Source: Verrucomicrobiota bacterium
GTDB taxonomy: Bacteria; Verrucomicrobiota; Verrucomicrobiia; Opitutales; UBA953
Length of the DNA stretch: 64,000 nt
Assembly (NCBI GenBank): GCA_014193315.1
Contig: BJHS01000008.1
Coordinates: forward strand, 19,001-83,000
Reading direction: 5' to 3'
Below, one piece after another: positions 1-11,175 of this stretch (position 1 is the first letter of the stretch; the number at the start of each line of letters is the position of its first letter). The translations under genes were made by a program, and so were the position numbers. Below the pieces are notes generated by a model that did no database searches, was not told the origin of the DNA, and saw only the letters and a list, made by a program, of their open reading frames with translations.

Positions 1-972
1 GGCTCGGCTCGGGCGCTCTTGGATGAACGGCTCGGCGACCCGTTGTTGCGCGACATGCTTTTGCTGCCGGCGTGCTTCTACGGCAGCGCGGTGGAGGACG
101 ACATCGAAGTCTCCCAGTTCGCGGTCATGTGGCGCTCCTTGTTCAAGGAGGGCTTTGCGCGTCCGTTCATCGGCGTCCGCCAGGTCCTCCGTCTCCTGGT
201 CGATCGTTGCCGCGAGCATGGCGTCGAGCGGCGCATGAAGTGCGGCGTGCGGCGGCTTGAAGTCCGGGGCGACCGGGTCGCCGCCATCGCCTTGGATGAC
301 GGCTCGGAGGTTACCGCCGACCGGGTCTACTCTTCGGCGGGGGCGGTCGAGACCTTGCGCCTGCGCTCCGATCAGGTGCCCCTCGTCGGCGCCGCCGAGG
401 TCGGCCGCCTCGGGTACGCGGAGACCATCGCCACCTATGACCCCGTCGCCTTCGCCGGTTTCGGCTGGCGGGACACCATCGTCTTCTTCTGCGACGACGA
501 GCGGTTCAGCTATCGTTCGCCGAAGGAGCTGGTCGACCCGCGCTCCGGCGTGATCTGCATCCCGAACAATTACCGATACGGGGAGGGCAGGGCGTTGGAC
601 GAAGGCTGGCTGCGCGTCACCGCCCTCGCGAACCACGATGCGTGGTGCGCGCTCCCGGAGGCCGAGTACCAGGCCCGCAAGCAGGACTGGTGCGGCCGCC
701 TTAATCGCGTGGCCCGGGCGCATCTGCCGATGGTCGCCGACGCGGCCCATGACGCCGCCCTGACCTCGACCGACGTCTTCACGCCGCGGACCGTCCGTAA
801 GTTCACCGGGCATCTCAACGGCGCCATCTATGGGGCCACGGTCAAACGGCGCGACGGGCGGACCGACCTCGCCAACCTCTTCCTCATCGGTACGGACCAA
901 GGGTTCCTAGGAGTCACCGGCGCAATGTTGTCTGGCATTTCCATGGCCAACCTGCACGGTCTGAAGGCGTAA
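1..972 (+). CDS. FAD-dependent oxidoreductase (phytoene-desaturase/amine-oxidase superfamily), C-terminal part; 5' end cut by window edge
   Basis: ORF 19..972 stays open in the same frame back to nt 1. The C-terminal GTDQGFLGVTGAMLSGISMAN resembles the C-terminal FAD-contact motif of CrtI-type flavoenzymes. Family call is by recollection only. Confidence 0.45.
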   Translation, partial: GSARALLDERLGDPLLRDMLLLPACFYGSAVEDDIEVSQFAVMWRSLFKEGFARPFIGVRQVLRLLVDRCREHGVERRMKCGVRRLEVRGDRVAAIALDDGSEVTADRVYSSAGAVETLRLRSDQVPLVGAAEVGRLGYAETIATYDPVAFAGFGWRDTIVFFCDDERFSYRSPKELVDPRSGVICIPNNYRYGEGRALDEGWLRVTALANHDAWCALPEAEYQARKQDWCGRLNRVARAHLPMVADAAHDAALTSTDVFTPRTVRKFTGHLNGAIYGATVKRRDGRTDLANLFLIGTDQGFLGVTGAMLSGISMANLHGLKA

Positions 973-982
973 CCCCGCCGTC

Positions 983-2245
983 ATGAGCACCCCCGCATTC
1001 CCGGCTGAACCGCGCTCTCTCTGGAAGGACCTCCTGCATCCGGCCGTCATCGTCGGCGCCCTCGGCTACTTCGTCGATATCTACGACCTGACGCTCGTAA
1101 TGGCCGTCAAGAAGGAGAGCCTCGCGGCGTTCCATGTCGTCGGTGACCCCGTGCCTTTGGCCGACCCGCTCAACTGGCAGATGTTTGGCATGTTGCTGGG
1201 CGGTCTCTTCTTTGGCGTCCTGGCCGACCGGATGGGGCGCTTGACCACGTTGTTTGGGTCAATCCTGCTCTACTCCCTCGCGAATATCGCGAACGGCTTC
1301 GCCACGAGTCTCGAATTTTATTCGGCGTGTCGCTTCGTGGCCGGCCTCGGTTTGGCCGGCGAGTTGGGAGGCTGCATCGCCCTCGTGTCGGAGGTGCTGC
1401 CGAAGGAACGGCGCGGTTACGGCACAGCCATGGTGGCCGCGGTCGGCGTGTTCGGGGCCGTCGTGGCCGGGGCCGTCGCCGAATACGTGACCTGGCAGAC
1501 CAACTACTTCATCGGCGGGGCCCTGGGCCTCTGCCTGCTCTTCGCGCGCGTCAGCGTCAAGGAGTCCGGCATGTACCAGCACGCCAAGGAATCCGCGGGC
1601 GAAGGCGACGTGGACCGCGGCAATTTCTTCGCGCTCTTCACGGACGCCGGCCGTTTCCGGCGTTACCTTCGCTGCATCCTGATCGGCCTGCCGACCTGGT
1701 TCATGATCGGCATCCTCGTCTACAAGTCGGAGGCCGTCTTCGCCAAGACCAGCGGCGTGGAGGGCATCAAGGCGAACCGGGCCGTGGCGATGTTCTACCT
1801 CGGGCTTACTTTCGGCGACCTCGGGAGCGGTGCGCTGAGCCAGTGGCTCCGCTCCCGTCGCGTCGTCGTCGCCGCCTTCCTCGTCGTCAGCGCCGCCTGT
1901 GTGGGCGCTTACCTCTTTCTTACCGCCGGCTGGACCGCCTCCGCCTACTACACGCTGATCTTCGCCATGGGGCTGGGCATGGGCTACTGGGCGCTCTTTG
2001 TGACCATCGCCGCCGAGCAGTTCGGCACGAATCTCCGCGCGACCGTCGCGACCACCGTCCCCAATGTCGTCCGCGGGTCGCTTTTCGGGATGTCCTTTGT
2101 GTTCGCCGAGCTTGGCTTGTCTGGCTGGTCGCCGACGTCGGCGGCGTTGGCGATCGGCGTCAGCTGCTTCGGTGCGGCCTTCGTCGCCCTCTGGGGGATG
2201 GAGGAGACCTTCGGCAAGGACCTGGACTACCAGGAAAAGAAGTAG
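983..2245 (+). CDS. MFS transporter
   Basis: 420 aa with about 12 hydrophobic segments. MFS loop signature GVLADRMGRL lies between TM2 and TM3. Confidence 0.8.
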   Translation: MSTPAFPAEPRSLWKDLLHPAVIVGALGYFVDIYDLTLVMAVKKESLAAFHVVGDPVPLADPLNWQMFGMLLGGLFFGVLADRMGRLTTLFGSILLYSLANIANGFATSLEFYSACRFVAGLGLAGELGGCIALVSEVLPKERRGYGTAMVAAVGVFGAVVAGAVAEYVTWQTNYFIGGALGLCLLFARVSVKESGMYQHAKESAGEGDVDRGNFFALFTDAGRFRRYLRCILIGLPTWFMIGILVYKSEAVFAKTSGVEGIKANRAVAMFYLGLTFGDLGSGALSQWLRSRRVVVAAFLVVSAACVGAYLFLTAGWTASAYYTLIFAMGLGMGYWALFVTIAAEQFGTNLRATVATTVPNVVRGSLFGMSFVFAELGLSGWSPTSAALAIGVSCFGAAFVALWGMEETFGKDLDYQEKK

Positions 2246-2248
2246 GCC

Positions 2249-3337
2249 TTACTTCGACGCTGGCGCGACCGGATCGGCGACGCAGCGGAACCCCGCGTGG
2301 TTGGTGGAGGTCAGCGTGTCGAGGCCTTGGCGGGCGGTCGCGCGGTAGCGGAAGCAGTAGCCCTCATCGCAGAGCCAGGAGCCGCCGCGGATGACGTGTT
2401 GGCCGTAGCCGGTACCTTCGGGGTCGTGGCCGATCACCGGTCCCGCCGGGTTGTCCTTGGGCGAGCGGCCATACCACTCGGGGCCGTACCAGTCATCGCA
2501 CATCTCCCAGACGTTTCCGGCCATGTCGTAGAGGCCGTAGCCGTTGGCCGGGAAGGATTTCACCGGGGCGACGTATTTGAAGCCGTCCTCACCGGTGTCG
2601 GTCGCGGGGAACTTGCCTTGCCAATGGTTGCAGAGAATCTTGCCGGCGGGGCGTTCCACGTCGCCCCAGACATACTTCTTATCGGCCAGTCCGCCGCGCG
2701 CGGCGAATTCCCATTCCGCCTCGGTCGGTAGACGTTTGCCGGCCCACTTCGCATAGGCCTGGGCGTCCTTGTAGGTCAGGCAGAGCACGGGGTGCCTGGC
2801 CCGGTCCTTGATTTCCGAGCCAGGTCCCTCGGGGTGCCGCCAATTGGCGCCGACGGTGAAGCGCCACCAGGGCAGGTCGCCGGCGCCGCACTGCAAGGGG
2901 TTCACGCCCTGCGTGTGCTTGAAGACCAGCGAGCCGCCTTTGAGCAGTTCGGGGGAGGGGGCGTTCGGGAAGGTGCGCGGGTCGAGGTCCTTCTCCGCTT
3001 CGGTGACGTAGCCTGTGGCCTCGACGAAACGGGCGAACTGGGTGTTCGTGACTTCCGTCTCATCCATCCAGAAAGCGCCGACCTTCACCCGGTGGCCGGG
3101 GCGCTCTTCTTTGTGCATCTCATCGGACTTGTCGTCGCCCATGGTGAACTCGCCACCGGGAATCCAGACCATCCCGGCGGGGCGGGCCTTGTCGGCCGCC
3201 TCCGTGGGTGCCGCGGCGGTGAAGTTCCAGGCGAGGGCCGCCAAGGGGAGGGCAATCAGCCCCGCGGCGGTCCAGATGATCGCGCGGCGATGGCGTTCGT
3301 CGTCGGGGGGCAGTTTGGCCGGGGCTGGGTCGCGCAT
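2249..3337 (-). CDS. Formylglycine-generating enzyme (FGE/SUMF1) family protein, membrane-anchored
   Basis: Motifs RLPTEAEWEFAARGG, GNVWEMCDDW and IRGGSW. N-terminal TM helix IIWTAAGLIALPLAALAW. ATG at 3337 (preceded by AAAGG) is preferred over the longest ORF start at 3400. Confidence 0.8.
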   Translation of the reverse strand: MRDPAPAKLPPDDERHRRAIIWTAAGLIALPLAALAWNFTAAAPTEAADKARPAGMVWIPGGEFTMGDDKSDEMHKEERPGHRVKVGAFWMDETEVTNTQFARFVEATGYVTEAEKDLDPRTFPNAPSPELLKGGSLVFKHTQGVNPLQCGAGDLPWWRFTVGANWRHPEGPGSEIKDRARHPVLCLTYKDAQAYAKWAGKRLPTEAEWEFAARGGLADKKYVWGDVERPAGKILCNHWQGKFPATDTGEDGFKYVAPVKSFPANGYGLYDMAGNVWEMCDDWYGPEWYGRSPKDNPAGPVIGHDPEGTGYGQHVIRGGSWLCDEGYCFRYRATARQGLDTLTSTNHAGFRCVADPVAPASK

Positions 3338-3450
3338 CCGGCCTTTATAGGAGGCCGTCCCAAGGGGTCTACCTTTTGTTGCGGAAAATGGTCCAACCAA
3401 GCCTATGGCCTCGCCCTCCCTGGCTTTTTCGCCTTCATCCGCCCTCGAAC

Positions 3451-4020
3451 ATGAGCACGACCCAAGAAGAAGTCCTCCAGATTTTTCGCGACTCCAAGGC
3501 CCTACTAACCGGCCATTTCGTCCTGCGCTCCGGCCTGCACAGCGGCCACTTTTTCCAGTGTGCGCAGGTCTGTCAGTACATGGAAAAGGTCACCCGCCTC
3601 ATCGAACTCCTGAAGCCCAAGCTGGCGGCGTACCCATGCGACACCGTGCTCGCCCCCGCGATGGGCGGCCTCGTCGTCGGCCAGGAAGTCGCCCGCCAGC
3701 TCGGCGTCCGCTTCATCTTCGTGGAGAAGGAGAACGATAAACTAGTGCTCCGTCGTAACTTCACGTTCCGGCCCGGTGAACGCGTGCTGGTCGCCGAGGA
3801 TGTCGTCACCCGCGGCGGTCGCGTCCAGGAGTGCTTGGATATCCTGCAAGCCCAGGGGGCGCAGGCGGTCGCCGTCGCGACGCTCGTCGACCGTTCGGGC
3901 GGCCAGACCAAATTCACCGTCCCCTTCGTCTCCCTCCTCGAGCTGACCTTCCCGACCTACCCAGCGGACCGTCTCCCCCCCGAGCTGGCGGCGCTGCCTG
4001 CGACCAAGCCTGGATCCTAA
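3451..4020 (+). CDS. pyrE: Orotate phosphoribosyltransferase
   Basis: N-terminal LLTGHFVLRSGLHS and PRPP-binding loop VLVAEDVVTRGG. ATG at 3451 lies inside track ORF 3376..4020. Confidence 0.85.
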   Translation: MSTTQEEVLQIFRDSKALLTGHFVLRSGLHSGHFFQCAQVCQYMEKVTRLIELLKPKLAAYPCDTVLAPAMGGLVVGQEVARQLGVRFIFVEKENDKLVLRRNFTFRPGERVLVAEDVVTRGGRVQECLDILQAQGAQAVAVATLVDRSGGQTKFTVPFVSLLELTFPTYPADRLPPELAALPATKPGS

Positions 4021-4135
4021 GCCCGTCGGTGGGGTGGGGCGGTTTTCATGGCTTTTCGGCTAACTTGGCTGCTTCGCATCGCCTTGTGCCTTGCACCCCC
4101 GCGGTCCCTTCCCTACTCCCAACCTTCCGCTTTCC

Positions 4136-5878
4136 ATGGACCGTAAGAACCTCTTCCTCGCCCTCGCCTGTTTTGGCGGCGCCTTCGCCTTCTACATCTT
4201 CGGCACCCCTCGTGCGGCCGGGCCTGCTGCCACGTCAGCCCCGGCGACCGTCGCGGCGAAGGCCCCCGCCCCCTCGGCTGCAGCTGGCAAGCCCGGCGCG
4301 ACCGGCGTCGCCCCGCCGACCGCCGCGCTCGCCCGCGAGAAGGCCGCGTTCGTCACCCTCGAGAACGAGTTCATCCGCGTCACCTTCACCACCCGCGGCG
4401 GCGCCATCGAGCGCGTCGAGATGCTCAAGGAGTTCGCCGACACCGAACGCAAGGCGAAGGTCATCTTCAACCAAGGCAATCCGGACGCCGCGCTGACGCT
4501 GGTCGTCGAGAATCGCGCCACCCGCGCATGGGAACAGGTCCTCGGAGAATTCAAGGTCGTCGCGAAGACCGACCAGAGTCTGACGCTGGCGGGGGCCCTC
4601 GCCGACGGCACCAAGGTCGAGCGGGTCTTCTCCCTTGGCGCGACGGGCGAGCCTTACTCCATCCGCTTCACGACCCGGATCATCCCGACCGTCGCCGGCG
4701 TCGCCGCCCCGGCTTTCGCGCAGACCCTGGGTAGTTGGCACCCCACGGTGGGCGACACGCACAATCAGTTCCTTTCCGTCCTTACCCACGATGGCGAGGA
4801 CACCGAGCGCACGGGCATGGACTCGTTCAGTGATTCGGCCGGTTTTCTCGGGATGGGTGCCCGCCGCGCCAAACTGACGGAGGAACTGGCCTCCCCCGGC
4901 AAGCCCTACTTCTGGGTGGCCTCGGGCAACCAGTTCTTCGCCTCGATCATCCACCCCCTTGGCGATTCCCGCCTGGGTGCCGGCTCGCAGCTGACCATCC
5001 ATCCGGTCGAGTTCGCCGAAGGCGTGCGGGGCCTCGATGGCACCGCCTCCTGGGGCACCGTGATCAAGCCCGACCTCTCGACCGAGCTGACCGGCGACTT
5101 CTTCGTCGGCCCCAAGGAATATGCCCGGGTCTCGGCCTTGCCGGACAACCAGGTGCACGTCCTGCAGTTCTCGAAGTTGCTCGGCTTCATCCCGTTCAGC
5201 CCCATCTGCAAACTGCTCCTCTTCCTACTGGGTTGCGTGCACTTCATCCTGGCTTGGAGCGGTGCGTGGTCCTGGGGTTGGGCGGTCGTCCTGCTCACGG
5301 TCCTGATCAAGCTCATCACCTGGCCCCTGACGGCGGCGCAGCAACGCCAGACCAAGAAGATGGCCAAGTTCGCCAAGCCAGTTCAGGAGATCAATGAAAA
5401 GCACAAGGATAACCCGGAGAAGAAGCAGAAGGAGTTGATGAAGCTTTACAAGGAGCACGGCATCAACCCGCTGGCCGGCTGCCTGCCCATCCTCATCCAG
5501 ATGCCGATCCTCTTCGGCATGTACACGGCCTTCCAGACGACCGTCGAACTCCGCCTGCATTCGTTCCTCTGGGTGCAAGACCTCGCGGCCCCGGATACCC
5601 TCTTCGTCCTCGGTGGCGTGCCGTTCAACCTGCTGCCCATCCTGATGGGGATCACCATGTGGATCTCCATGAAGATGACGCCCAGCCCCTCGGCCGACAG
5701 TTCCCAGAAGACCATCATCGTCGTGATGACGCTGATGTTCCCCCTGATCTGCTACACCATGCCCGCCGCGTTGACCCTCTACATGACGGTGCAGAACCTA
5801 TTGACCATTCTCCAGGCGGCCGTTACCAAGGACGAACCCGCGGTCGAGGTAATCCCGCCGAAGAAGGCCAAGGGCTGA
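4136..5878 (+). CDS. yidC: Membrane protein insertase YidC
   Basis: N-terminal TM anchor, large periplasmic domain, and conserved core WGWAVVLLTVLIKLITWPL / NPLAGCLPILIQMPILFGMY. Confidence 0.9.
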   Translation: MDRKNLFLALACFGGAFAFYIFGTPRAAGPAATSAPATVAAKAPAPSAAAGKPGATGVAPPTAALAREKAAFVTLENEFIRVTFTTRGGAIERVEMLKEFADTERKAKVIFNQGNPDAALTLVVENRATRAWEQVLGEFKVVAKTDQSLTLAGALADGTKVERVFSLGATGEPYSIRFTTRIIPTVAGVAAPAFAQTLGSWHPTVGDTHNQFLSVLTHDGEDTERTGMDSFSDSAGFLGMGARRAKLTEELASPGKPYFWVASGNQFFASIIHPLGDSRLGAGSQLTIHPVEFAEGVRGLDGTASWGTVIKPDLSTELTGDFFVGPKEYARVSALPDNQVHVLQFSKLLGFIPFSPICKLLLFLLGCVHFILAWSGAWSWGWAVVLLTVLIKLITWPLTAAQQRQTKKMAKFAKPVQEINEKHKDNPEKKQKELMKLYKEHGINPLAGCLPILIQMPILFGMYTAFQTTVELRLHSFLWVQDLAAPDTLFVLGGVPFNLLPILMGITMWISMKMTPSPSADSSQKTIIVVMTLMFPLICYTMPAALTLYMTVQNLLTILQAAVTKDEPAVEVIPPKKAKG

Positions 5879-5899
5879 TTTTCCAACCCCCATCCTACC

Positions 5900-6643
5900 A
5901 TGTCTGGTCATAGTAAGTGGCACACGACCAAGCGGCACAAGGCCGTCATCGACGCGAAGCGCGGCAAGATTTTCTCCGTGCTCGCCAAGGAAATCACCGT
6001 CGCGGCGCGCGCCGGTGGCGGCAGCCCCGAGTCCAACGCGCGCCTGCGTACCCTGATGGACAAGGCCCGGGCGGCGAACATGCCGACGGATAACATCAAG
6101 CGCGCGGTCCAGAAGGGCACCGGCGAGATCCCTGGCGTGATCTACGAGGAAATCGTCTACGAAGGCTACGCCCCCGGGGGCGTCGGTCTGATCGTCGAGG
6201 TCACGACCGATAACAAGAACCGCGCCGCCGCCGAGGTCCGGCAGGCGTTCAACGACGCCGGCGGCAACATGGCCCAGACGGGCGCGGTGTCCCATAGTTT
6301 CCAGAAGAAGGGGCAGATTCTGCTCGGGGCGGCCCAGGCGACCGAGGACCGGCTCATGGAGCTCGCCCTCGAGGCCGGCGCGGACGACATCCTCAACCAC
6401 GGCGACCACTACGAGGTGCTCTGCGCGATCGCCGTCTACGACGTCGTCTCCAAGGCGTTGCAGGAGAAGGGCCTCAAGCCGGAGTCCAGCGAGCTCGCTT
6501 ACGTGACGGCGATCCCCGTGCCGGTCGCCGACGCCGTCTTGGCCAAGCAGGTGCTAGAATTAATCGACGCCCTCGAGGCGTTGGACGACGTCAAGGCCGT
6601 GCACGGCAATCACGAGATCGACGAAAAGCTGCTAGGGGCCTGA
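5900..6643 (+). CDS. yebC: YebC/PmpR family DNA-binding transcriptional regulator
   Basis: Canonical N-terminus MSGHSKWHTTKRHKAVIDAKRGKIF. 247 aa. Confidence 0.9.
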   Translation: MSGHSKWHTTKRHKAVIDAKRGKIFSVLAKEITVAARAGGGSPESNARLRTLMDKARAANMPTDNIKRAVQKGTGEIPGVIYEEIVYEGYAPGGVGLIVEVTTDNKNRAAAEVRQAFNDAGGNMAQTGAVSHSFQKKGQILLGAAQATEDRLMELALEAGADDILNHGDHYEVLCAIAVYDVVSKALQEKGLKPESSELAYVTAIPVPVADAVLAKQVLELIDALEALDDVKAVHGNHEIDEKLLGA

Positions 6644-6695
6644 GCGGTCCCTCTTTGCGCTTCACCCCGGGGCGCTTCCCGCGTAGGAAGAGGAG

Positions 6696-7190
6696 GTGTC
6701 CACCACGCTTCGCCCATCGGGCCGGGAACCTTCGGTCGTCCGGACGGCGGCGCGGGCCGTCATCCTCCGCGACCACGAGTTGCTGGTGGTGCGGATCCGC
6801 ACCCAAGAGGGCGAGTTTTTGGTGCTGCCGGGCGGCGGGCAGGAGCATGGGGAAACTTTAACGGACACCGTTCGGCGCGAGGTCCGGGAAGAACTCGGTC
6901 TGGAGGTTGCCCCGCGCGGCCTGATCTATGTGCGCGAATACGTCGGCAAGAACCACGCGATGCACCGCATCCATGGGCACTTCCATCAGGTCGAGGCGGT
7001 CTTCCATTGTGAGTGCGGCGATTTCGCCCCTATCGGGCAAGGGCGGGGCAAGGATCGCCGGCAGGTCGGTTTCGAGTGGCTCCCGCTGGCCAAACTCGGC
7101 GATTCCCCTCTTTCCCCGCAGGGCTTGGGCGAGGTTATCGGCCAGTTCCGGCGGACCGGCTTGGCCACCTACCTCGGGGATGTTCATTGA
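6696..7190 (+). CDS. NUDIX hydrolase
   Basis: Nudix box GGGQEHGETLTDTVRREVREELG. GTG start. Confidence 0.8.
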   Translation: MSTTLRPSGREPSVVRTAARAVILRDHELLVVRIRTQEGEFLVLPGGGQEHGETLTDTVRREVREELGLEVAPRGLIYVREYVGKNHAMHRIHGHFHQVEAVFHCECGDFAPIGQGRGKDRRQVGFEWLPLAKLGDSPLSPQGLGEVIGQFRRTGLATYLGDVH

Positions 7191-7238
7191 AGGCTTGCCA
7201 GCCGACGATCGCCCCGCTTTGTTCACCGTCCCTTTTTC

Positions 7239-8777
<1,539 letters not shown>

Positions 8778-8799
8778 TCGCCGCCGCCGGCAAGACGAA

Positions 8800-8826
8800 G
8801 GGCCGCCCGGGTGGGCGGCCCTTTTT
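8800..8826. terminator. Rho-independent terminator between convergent eno and hydrolase genes
   Basis: Perfect 9-bp stem GGGCCGCCC / GGGCGGCCC with loop GGGT, followed by TTTTT. Confidence 0.6.
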
Positions 8827-8846
8827 GTTGTCCATCGAGGTGGCGG

Positions 8847-10139
8847 TTACTTTGATTCGAGACCGACGCCATTGACCGCGATGATCTCGTACTTGGAGCC
8901 GGTCTTCGCGCCCTTGTCGACGAAGCGCATCGCGGCGAGCGGTTGCGTCGGCGTGTCGCCGTAACTCATGCCTTGGAAGAGGGGCCGACCGAAGGGATTC
9001 TTCGGGGTCTCGGGGACTCGGCCGATGCTCCCGCCGTCCTTTTTGACGATGAACTGCCGGAGCCCGCTCTCGAGGTCGGCGTGGGCGTCCCAGGTGATCT
9101 CGACGCCGGCGTCGGTCGCCTTCGTGGCGACGAGGAAAGGCGCGGGCGGCGGGGTCGAATCGCTCGTCGCGCCGGTCTTCACGTAGTCGGCCCAGGCCTT
9201 GGCGAAGGTGGCATCAGGAAGCCAGTTCGACGTGGTGAGGTCGCCTTTGAAGTCGGCGGCTAGCACGGCGATATCGCCTAGTAATGGCGACAGCCAGCCT
9301 TTCGCCTGGTCAATCTTGCGGAGCGTGTTCCCCGTGACCGGCAGACGTAACGCTAGGCACGCGTCGAAGAAGGCGACAGAAGCGTACCGCTGGTCGCCGC
9401 ATTGGTGCGAGGTCAGGGGATCTGGTGCGAAGCCGATGGGCGCGCCTTTCGCCCGGTAGGCCTTGAACATCGCGAGGGTGCCAGTCCAGGCGCCATTGAA
9501 ACGTTTGTCGCCATTCTCCTTCGTTCCGGGGTTGGCCATCATCGGGATTTCATACGCCGCGGGCGGCAGTTCGACGAACGGGACCTGCCCGACGAGCTTG
9601 GGGTCGTCGCTCTTCTGCCAAGCGCTGTAGGCGGTGCCGGAGCGAAACCAGATGGCGACAATCCGTTCGGGGTATTTCGCCTGCAGGATGCTCGCCCAGA
9701 AGCCGCCCCCGCTGTGGCCCCAGAGGCACCAGGGTGCGGTCGCCACCTCGGGATGCCCGCTTTGCAGGGCGAGGTCCGTGAGGGAGCGGAGGAAGGTCGT
9801 TTCCGAGCCGTTACGCGGGTCGCACCAGAGGCGGCAGTTCGCGGCCTCGGGCTGATGGATCACGGGGCCGAGCAACGCGCAGTCCCACTTGCGCGCCAGC
9901 GCTTGCCAGTGGAGGTCGTCGGCCGCCGTGACCGCGCCCTTGTTCGAACCTTCACCGCAACCGTGTTGATGGACGATGACGCCACGGATGGTCTTGACGC
10001 CTTCGGGAATCCAGAGGTTGTAGGTCGTGGCAAAGACGAACCCGCTCGGGAGCGATGAAATCGGGTAATCGACGCTGAATTTCTGGCCATCAGCGAAGAG
10101 GGCCCACGGGGCCAGAAGGAGGGCGAGGAGGGAGCGCAT
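8847..10139 (-). CDS. Secreted alpha/beta-hydrolase (esterase-like) with C-terminal Fn3-like domain
   Basis: Signal peptide MRSLLALLLAPWALFA. Nucleophile elbow GHSGGG. The C-terminal ~100 aa have a beta-sandwich-like sequence. Substrate unknown. Confidence 0.55.
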   Translation of the reverse strand: MRSLLALLLAPWALFADGQKFSVDYPISSLPSGFVFATTYNLWIPEGVKTIRGVIVHQHGCGEGSNKGAVTAADDLHWQALARKWDCALLGPVIHQPEAANCRLWCDPRNGSETTFLRSLTDLALQSGHPEVATAPWCLWGHSGGGFWASILQAKYPERIVAIWFRSGTAYSAWQKSDDPKLVGQVPFVELPPAAYEIPMMANPGTKENGDKRFNGAWTGTLAMFKAYRAKGAPIGFAPDPLTSHQCGDQRYASVAFFDACLALRLPVTGNTLRKIDQAKGWLSPLLGDIAVLAADFKGDLTTSNWLPDATFAKAWADYVKTGATSDSTPPPAPFLVATKATDAGVEITWDAHADLESGLRQFIVKKDGGSIGRVPETPKNPFGRPLFQGMSYGDTPTQPLAAMRFVDKGAKTGSKYEIIAVNGVGLESK

Positions 10140-10212
10140 GGCCGCAGGTTGGCGGCAAAGTTCGGGTCGGGCAAGGGCTTGCCGTCTCGCGAGAGTTGGT
10201 CAGTTTGTTGGG

Positions 10213-11130
10213 GTGCCTCGTTTCCTCGCGTTCTGCCTGCTCGCCTTGACGGCTCGTGCCGCGGAGCCTTCGCCGCTGCGCACCTTCGTACTGGGCGATT
10301 GGGGTTGGGCCGATCCGGAGTTGGAGCGGCAATACCCGTTGGTCCGCCAGAACGCCGACCTGCAACGCGCGGTGGCCAAGGCCATGGCGGCCCGCGCCGC
10401 CCAGACCCCGATTGCCGCGGTGCTGACGACTGGCGATAACTTCTACCCCAATGGGGTGCAGTCGGCCACCGACTCGCGGTGGCGGACCTCGTTCGAGGAC
10501 GTCTACGCCGCCCCTTCGCTCCAAGTGCCGTGGATCGCTGCCCTCGGCAACCATGACCACGACGTGACCGCCCAGGCGGAATTGGATTACGCGCCGCGCT
10601 CCCGCGGGCGATGGGTCATGCCGGCGAAGTATTACACGCACCGTTTCCCTGCCGCCGACGTCAGCGTCGTGGTGCTCGACGCGTGCTCCTTGAGCGGCTT
10701 GTGGAACCGCGAGTATTTCACGACGGCTGGGGAGGCCGCGACGGCCGCCCAATGGCGATGGATTGAGACGGAACTGGCCAAGCCGGCCCGCTGGAAGGTC
10801 GTCGTGGGCCACCTGCCGCTCAAAGACCACGGGTTCCACGGCAAGGAGCCGGAGTATGCGCAACGCCTCATCCCCTTACTCGAGCGGTATCGGGTGCAGC
10901 TCTACTTGAATGGCCATAACCACCACGCCGAGCTCGTCCAAGAGAAGGGCGTTACGTATGTGACCTGCGGCAACGGCTCCAATCTTTACCCGGTCCAGAC
11001 GGAGAAGGCTTCCGCCTTCATCGGCATCTACCCCGGCTTCACGGAACTTGAGTTCGCGGCGGAGACGTTGCAGGTCCGTTTCGTGGATGCGGAGGGCAAG
11101 GTCCGCTTCGCCACCCAGGTCCCGCGGTGA
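10213..11130 (+). CDS. Metallophosphoesterase (purple-acid-phosphatase-like), secreted
   Basis: Motifs GDWG, GDNFY, GNHD and GHNHH. GTG at 10213 gives the signal peptide PRFLAFCLLALTARA. The track ATG at 10138 would overlap the divergent start codon at 10139. Confidence 0.7.
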   Translation: MPRFLAFCLLALTARAAEPSPLRTFVLGDWGWADPELERQYPLVRQNADLQRAVAKAMAARAAQTPIAAVLTTGDNFYPNGVQSATDSRWRTSFEDVYAAPSLQVPWIAALGNHDHDVTAQAELDYAPRSRGRWVMPAKYYTHRFPAADVSVVVLDACSLSGLWNREYFTTAGEAATAAQWRWIETELAKPARWKVVVGHLPLKDHGFHGKEPEYAQRLIPLLERYRVQLYLNGHNHHAELVQEKGVTYVTCGNGSNLYPVQTEKASAFIGIYPGFTELEFAAETLQVRFVDAEGKVRFATQVPR

Positions 11131-11175
11131 CAGCCCTGCGTTGACCTCGGGCCGGGCTTTCACACCATCCCGCCT

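Noticed and set aside
10138-10212. ATG at 10138 as the start of the metallophosphoesterase.
   Set aside because: It would overlap the divergent hydrolase start codon (10139) back to back and adds 25 non-hydrophobic residues. The GTG at 10213 yields a normal signal peptide.
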